NCBI GenBank assembly: GCA_002811645.1
Contig: PDIP01000053.1
Coordinates: 48,037 to 112,036, forward strand
Source of the DNA: Corallochytrium limacisporum Hawaii
Lineage: Eukaryota; Protista; Pluriformea
DNA length: 64,000 bases
Direction of reading: 5' to 3'
Positions 57,454-64,000 of the stretch are shown here, in pieces; the stretch's first letter is position 1, and each line of letters begins with the position of its first letter. The notes under the pieces are model-generated. The model worked only from the letters and a program-made list of their open reading frames with translations. It was not told the DNA's origin and ran no database searches. A program made the position numbers and the translations under genes.

Positions 57454-58644
57454 ATGAATTGGACCGGAGGCAAGAGGTAAGTCAGATCACTCGCGAAGGA
57501 GAAGGGCTGAATGTGTTCATGCAGCAGTGACATGTCGGATCACTAACATAGGGAAGCAAGCAGGAATGAACTATGGAAAGATATCCGTCAGGGACGTACA
57601 GGACGGGGTCAATCTCGTTTGTCGTTTTTGCGGAATAATGCCCCTATCTCTCAGTCGAAAAAAGTGCTTCCAATCAGGAAGAAAAGAGAATTGGGCCATG
57701 ACGCAGTCCTTCCCATGTCCCAAAGTCGCACCTTACCAGATGAATTTGTGCCCGACGCCTTGAGCACTTACGAGGTACAGCACAAGAAGGATAACCATAG
57801 TGTTGGAGGGGTACCAAAGGAAAAACGATGGACTTCTCGAGCTAGTACCCCTGTCCTGTCTAACTCCGCACGGCAGTCTGTGACTCCCGCAGTGAATGAT
57901 GGGGACCTTGCATATACTCCTCCAGCAGTCCAAGTTGGCCGCATTGCCGGGCAGCTCGAAGACCATTGGAAGCGGCAGATGAGTATGCAGCGTGCATCTC
58001 CAAAAACACCGTCTCTGGAGGTTATTGGAGGGGCTGCAATCGAGCAGACTCCACTGCAAGGCTCCCGAGTGGTTCCCCAACCAAATGCACCCGGTCGCCA
58101 TGTTCCGGTTGCTCGCCGAAATTTCCAGTTCCACCTAGATCCGGTGCCGGAGGCATTCCCAAAACAACAACATGATTCAACTGCATTGGTAGGTCTGGTT
58201 GGACCAATTGTTGAAAAAAAAATTGAATGCATCGTCCTCGGTCGACTACAGGATGTTGAGGAGCAACTGGCCGCACTGCAGGTCACATGTCAGGGACACG
58301 AAGGCTTCATCCAGGCTCTGTTATCTGATAACTGCGCTGCTGACAATAACCCAGCAACTACTCCAACCGCGTCCTCACCAAAGCGAGTCACGGCCTCTCG
58401 CTCTCTGCCATGTTTGCGAACAAAACGAGAGAAGAGTAGCCTGATGAAACGAACGCGGTCTGAAGAAGACTTTGGACGCAAGGGCAAACGTGTTTCCCTG
58501 CCTCCTGAAGCGAAGGTGTCACAAACCTCACCAGGGAGCATGCACATCGAATGGAGGATGCGTCAGCGGCCAGACACTCCCTTTCCTGGTCCGCCCAGTA
58601 GTGCATCTCATGGCTCTCAGGATGATGTAGATTTGGTCACCTGA
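57454..58644 (+). CDS. REDIC1/C12orf40-like protein (N-terminal MNWxGG motif), two exons: 57454..57476 + 57552..58644
   Basis: AG|GTAAGT at 57477 and CACTAACATAG ending at 57551 define a 75-nt intron. Splicing joins MNWTGGKR in frame to ORF 57619..58644. Confidence 0.65.
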
Positions 58645-58972
58645 GAAATTACCGGGTCGTGGCAAATTCCGACCCCTCCTTGGTACGTGTGCCGGAAGGG
58701 GCTTTTCTCTTCTACACGGGGGTTCTTCCTGCCCCACCCGGTTCGGCGCAGGGCAATTCTATATTTAGGCTGTGTAGACGAGGCGGTAGGGACTGCGCAC
58801 AACAAGTCCCGATCGCAACAATCTGAGGAAGAAAAATGCACAACACGTCTCATGATGGGGGCCATGGACAGCCGGCTTCGTTGAGCTATTTCAAAGGAGG
58901 ACAATCTAAAAACTAGGGATTTCATACACACCTATCGTGCGGTTTCTCCTTAATTCTTTCTATAGTAGAACC

Positions 58973-60292
58973 ATGGCAAGCAATGCATCTGTGATGCGCC
59001 GGGCGCGCGGCCTCGCAAAGGTGGGTGAGAACGGCGCCCATATTTTGTACGGTTCAGAGAACAGTCTCTATACTGGCAAAGCTCGCGGCTACCTAAAGTG
59101 GAAGGGAATTCCATTCCTCGAGAAGCAGAGCACACTGGATATCTACAGGTCAGTCATCCTGCCCAAGACTGGGGTCAGTCAGATTCCTGTGCTGGCCTGC
59201 CCAGACGGCAGTGTTGTCACCGACACCACCAACATTATCGACTACGTCGAATCTGCATTTCCGGACATACCCAGTGTTTACCCTGATACCCCGAAGCAGT
59301 GCTTGGCTGCGCTAATTATCGAGCTCTTCGGTGATGAGTTCCTGAAGATACATGCCATGTACTACCGTTGGTGGTTTACGGAGGAGCACGGTGCCAACAC
59401 CACCTATGAATTTGGCCGCATCGCCTCCGGTAGACCCGAGCTCCGTGAACAGATGGGCGCGCAGCAAAAGGAAATGTTCAAGGGTCTGCTGCCTGTGCTC
59501 GGAGTACAGACAAAAGAGATGGCTCAGGCTGTAGAACGGCACACCCACAAACTTTTTGGCCTGATCGAGGATCATCTCGCTACGCATCCCTTCCTTCTTG
59601 GTCTCAGACCAACTCTTGCTGACTTTGGCATGATGGGCCCGCTGTATGCGCACTTGCTGCGTGACCCAGTGTCTGGATTCATGATCAGGCGCCAGTATCC
59701 GCGCTCTGCTGACTGGATCGAGCGGTGCATGGGCATGACACCGAGCCGTGTGGACGAGGATCGCCAACAGTGTCTGGCTGACTACCCAGAGCTCTACGAT
59801 GCTCGTACCGGACTGCTAGTCGACGACGAGCTCACCCCCCAAGTCACGCAGCTGCTTGGCATGTTCTTCCGTGATCATACCCCGTGGCTGACCAAGACAC
59901 GGGAGTTACTCCTCGCCGGTATGTCCAGTGGTGAATTCAAAGCCGGCGCAAAGATCCCCCGTGTTGTCGGTGAGAGTGAGTATGTGCTGGACGGCGTTAC
60001 GGGCATCCGCCGGTTTTGGCCCTATGAACTGTGGCTTTTGCACCGCGTCGTGGACTTCTACCGCACTGGTACGTTCCGTGTCATGGACAAGACGTACCAT
60101 CATGTCGGACGCCCAGCCGTACAAGCAAGCGCACCCCAGTCCGTGCTGCGTCCATGGATACAGCAGACGTACGGCAACGGCGCCGTCACGTTCCTCGAGA
60201 CTGTGGACTGGGACGCCACCAGAGTTGGCATGAAGGGCAACAAACTGCACCTGCAACCTGGACCAGCACAGCCCGCGTCGGCACGATTATAA
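58973..60292 (+). CDS. Bacterial-type glutathione S-transferase family protein with C-terminal PTS1 (ARL)
   Basis: SLYTGKARGYL..KGIPF, QIPVL, DTT.II.Y.E, IELFGDEFL...AMYYRW and FLLG.RPTLADFGMMGPLYAHL.RDP. First ATG is at 58973. Confidence 0.85.
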   Translation: MASNASVMRRARGLAKVGENGAHILYGSENSLYTGKARGYLKWKGIPFLEKQSTLDIYRSVILPKTGVSQIPVLACPDGSVVTDTTNIIDYVESAFPDIPSVYPDTPKQCLAALIIELFGDEFLKIHAMYYRWWFTEEHGANTTYEFGRIASGRPELREQMGAQQKEMFKGLLPVLGVQTKEMAQAVERHTHKLFGLIEDHLATHPFLLGLRPTLADFGMMGPLYAHLLRDPVSGFMIRRQYPRSADWIERCMGMTPSRVDEDRQQCLADYPELYDARTGLLVDDELTPQVTQLLGMFFRDHTPWLTKTRELLLAGMSSGEFKAGAKIPRVVGESEYVLDGVTGIRRFWPYELWLLHRVVDFYRTGTFRVMDKTYHHVGRPAVQASAPQSVLRPWIQQTYGNGAVTFLETVDWDATRVGMKGNKLHLQPGPAQPASARL

Positions 60293-62078
60293 ATATTTGG
60301 AGCATGATCATGTGCTACTCCACATCCAGCGCGTAAACAATTAGATAATCTGTGATCGTTTGATCGCCAATACCCCATCTGCATAGTGTTTCCATTCCAC
60401 ATCTGTCAGGAAGACAAACCACACCGCAATCAAGCACAGGTAGCATACTCATAAAGCCATTCCCAGTGCACGGGGAAAACAGCCACCCACCAGTCGTATA
60501 GCACAGCAGGAGTTCGGGTCGGCCGGCTTTTCTCTGAGCAACCGATCGATGTCTGGCGCATTTCGGGCTTTTCCGCGAGGCGGGGGGTGCGGGTTTTGGA
60601 TGGGCCGGTGCGGGCGAGACAGAGAGTTGTCTGGTAAAAAGGCGCCGGTAAAAATGTGATTTTGCGACCCACAAAAAAAAATGAGGTAAAAGAATAGTTC
60701 TCCGTAGAGTCCGGTATAACCAAAAAAACCAACTGCCAAAGGTTAAAAAAAGGAGACCTTTCGTTTTCTTTTTCAGTACACCACCCGTTCCGCAGTACAG
60801 ACACACACGCACCCAAGGAAATCAAACAAACCCCCAAAAAATAAAAAAAAAATAAAAGAAATTGGAAAAAGAAAAGAGCGGGAGAAACCCGGGGACCCTC
60901 GAGCAGCCGGTTCGCCCCGGAGGGGGGGGAGGGGGAGGGGAGGGATGAAATCCATTGTTTTTCTTTTGGGGAACGGTTTCATCTCACTGTTCCGGAGCCC
61001 CCCCCCCATTGGCGGATGGGTATTCTTGTCCGTGCCGGTCGGCCAGGAACATAGTAAATGTACTGCGTGTGCCCCCCTCCCCCTTCCCCAAGTGGTAGCC
61101 ACCAAAAAGTTTCTATTTTCTCCTTTTAAAACGGTTCCTTGTCCGCACGAGTGAAGCAAGGAACACACCCGTCCAAGAACCCCGAAGGGTATGGTTCGCA
61201 CCTTTGCGGCGGTGCTACCAAGTGACCAACCACCTGCTCCAAACCCAACAAATGCTTGTTACACTTGCCAAAAGTCGCGGTACATTTCAAGGCTCCGCGC
61301 AAAAGGGGCACCTGCCACACACACACTGACTTATGGCGCACATGTGGGGCACAGCTGAGAGTGGTGTTCCACACTTGTGCCTGGTCCTGATCCCCAACAT
61401 CGACCCCCCCTGTCAAGCAGCATGTGCGTCATGTCCACAACGGCCGCCCGCCTCACCCGGGGCCGCAAAGGACCGCGCGCATCTTCAGGAATCGGCAGAA
61501 CGTTGGGTGTGGTGGTAGAGGTACTGTGACCCAGTGACTGTGTGCTTCTCTTGAAAGATTGATGGTTTTGTTCTCTAAAGAATAATGAAAACTTGGACGA
61601 GTTTGCAAAATTCTGGAAAGTTTAGGTGACGACGTCTTGCTCGTCATCGTCGTAGTAGAGTTTCTATTATTGAACGGCCTACTCGCGTGGGGCGCACGGG
61701 TTGGTTTCGCGCGCGGTGGTTATTTGTTTTCAACGCAGTTTCGGTTTCCCTCGTCACCCACCCACCGTCTCCCTTTCCCGCCACCCTGCTTGGGCGGGTT
61801 GGGAGTCTAATCTGTGGCTTTTTCTGTCATGTATATCTCTACGAGATCTGTCCATGGGTGACACAGTCTGAAGTGCTGCGCTTGTGCACTGAGCAATGTA
61901 ATTCAATATCAACTCTAAACATCGTCCAAGATACTCCCAGGAGAATTGTGATACTCGCGCTGCCGTCCTATCGTATCTGTAGTCGGGATCTCTGGGTCGC
62001 AGGAGAACATGACACACATCCTCCGGGCTAGCAAAGCGAAAAGCTTGGGATGGTACCCAGACCCAGTAATCCAACTCC

Positions 62079-62155
62079 GTAAGTTTAGTGTCCGACGAAC
62101 CAAAACACAGTCAAAATTTCGACAGCGCTATGTGGACTCTCTCCGCTAATACTAG
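62079..62155 (+). other. Spliceosomal intron (77 nt) in a locus with no long ORF
   Basis: GTAAGT donor and CGCTAATACTAG branch point plus acceptor. Confidence 0.55.
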
Positions 62156-63071
62156 TTCTACTGCATTGTGCGATTGTGGAATGCTGACCGAGATGATCTG
62201 ATGAAGTGTGTAGAGTCATAGTAGGCCATGAACAGGACTACTCACTCTGCAAGGAGCATCGACGGTTTGGACAACATGCACAAAAGAGAACATAACATCA
62301 AGGACTATCGTCGACCTTGGACGAAAAAAACTTCAGTCCAGTGTGTGCCCATGGCGGTTATTGCCTCAGGGTGAGTGAGACGTCTGATGATATCCAAATT
62401 GGGCACCCAAAGTTCCCGGTCATGTGCCTGCCCCAGTGCATGTGTTCAAGTTCACACACACCCTATGGAGTGCATGCATTCGGTCAGGGGGGGGGGTTAC
62501 GAACAGGTCCTCTGGGTTGACATCCGCCAAGGCCAAGGTACATCTGCGGATCTTGAACAAACCCATATACCACAATGTACCGCACAGGGGTACGGGGTAC
62601 CCTTACCTTCCCGCAGAATCCATTAAGCTGATATTACAGATGCCAACAATGTCCACTGGCAAGTCATCAAAGCTTTTTTCGGGTCCAACGTCTTCAGGTG
62701 ACGCGCAGACATTCCCCAAAATGCAGATATACAACACCTCTAGTGTCTCTTTTACAAAGTGTGTGTCCCTGCACAGCCGCACACGTATGCCATTTCTAAA
62801 CAAGGTATCGCCGGCTGGAAAACCAAACAAAAACGAAAAAAGAAATGGTTGATAATAGTTGTCACACAATTGCTGTCGCTACAAAATTTTGACGACTCTT
62901 GCCCCCTCCCCTTTTCCCGGGTCCCTAAGCCCTCTGAGATTATCACCCATGATTTACTATGGACGGAGCCTTATAAGGGACCCTGATCATTTTACTGTGG
63001 GCTCTGGGCAACCCTGCTGCTCATCTGTCCATCAAATCCAACTTGGGGGGTTCACCAAAGTTGCCAATTCT

Positions 63072-63099
63072 CACACACACACACACACACACACACACA
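63072..63099. repeat. (CA)14 microsatellite
   Basis: Direct reading. Confidence 0.95.
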
Positions 63100-64000
63100 T
63101 TCACAAAACGCGTTCTCGGTTTTTCTTTGTTTTTATTATTCCTTTTGGATTTCATATGGTCTTTGTATGGAGTGGTGGTGGTGGGATGTGTCCATGACGA
63201 TGTCCGCCCACTTGGTCCTTTTCCCATGCAATCAATTCATGGGATCCACTGTTGCAATCAATCAAACAACGCCTGGCCAAAACGCGTTTATCTTCGGGCG
63301 TCGTGTGGGGGGTGGCACGTCTTTGCAGTGTTCCCGCCATCGTTCCAATAACTTCACCTGGCCAAGTCCGCCGTGTCGATGTCGATGTCCACCGACTGCG
63401 ATTTTCATCATGGAATGATGATCAGTCAGCTGGCAACCAAGGAATGGAAGGCAGTGATACCCCGCACCTCTAATCTTTTTCTTTTCCTTGTTTGCTCTCA
63501 CACCCCCTCCATCTGCCCCCGCCACCGGTTTCAAATGTCTTTTGTCTTTTGTTCTTTCGTTTCGATTCTTGAAACGCTGGTGGTTGCATTTTCTTGCGTG
63601 TTTCCTCTTTTTTTTTTTATTTTTTCCTTTGTTTTCTTTTGCGTGGAGAAAGGGAGGGAAGGGTGTCGGTCTGTGTCCTCGAGAATTCATCGTCGGTGCT
63701 CCCGATCGTACCGCCGGGTCACTCTTGCATAGCGGAGCCACACCCCCGCCCCCCCCCCGGCAACCAGGAGAAAGCACCCGTGAAATGGGTAATTTTTTGA
63801 TCGAATAGAATGAGATCGGTAAGGAAGGAAGAAGGAGAAGAAGGGAGGGGGGGTTGGTAGGCCTTATAATCACAAGAACCAAAGGAATAAGGAAAAAATA
63901 TAGGAATGTTGGTATATCTAGTACCACCCTCTGTCTGGGAATATTGTATCCAATCTACTCATTTTGATTTAGCTCTGCCGTCGCTTGGGAGAGCGGGAAA

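Noticed and set aside
62009-62295. Spliced frame reading ...AIVEC*PR*SDEV, resembling a UxxU selenoprotein motif
   Set aside because: The frame ends at TAA about 30 codons later, too short for a thioredoxin fold, and I could not fold a SECIS downstream. Paired TGAs are common by chance.

Overview
Eukaryotic nuclear DNA of roughly 50% GC with three assembly gaps. It holds about 21 protein-coding genes whose CDSs are almost intron-free, plus a few short GT-AG introns, most 74-79 nt. The gene set is animal-like (GCLM, ARHGAP1-like, PHAF1, LIV-1 ZIP, GARNL3, SLC43, LONP2, DDX19, SNU13, CHMP1, LRRC58, HM13/SPP, CEP89, KIF24). That content with this architecture suggests a unicellular holozoan such as Corallochytrium (inference). 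Reading beyond the ORF track gave: (1) an enoyl-CoA isomerase whose PTS1-coding codons contain a perfect splice donor, a candidate splicing switch for peroxisomal targeting; (2) a C2orf50/C20orf85-type ciliary microtubule-inner-protein gene broken by an in-frame TAG, next to a reduced IFT43; (3) a spliced MNWTGG (REDIC1/C12orf40-type) meiotic gene; (4) a RAM/RAMAC-like cap-methyltransferase activator; (5) a Cache-HAMP receptor cyclase lacking both metal-binding aspartates; (6) a dense GTCGGTCG motif cluster around an AT-rich core. Family calls rest on motif recognition from memory, not database searches. No tRNA, rRNA, snRNA, CRISPR or intact transposon was recognised.
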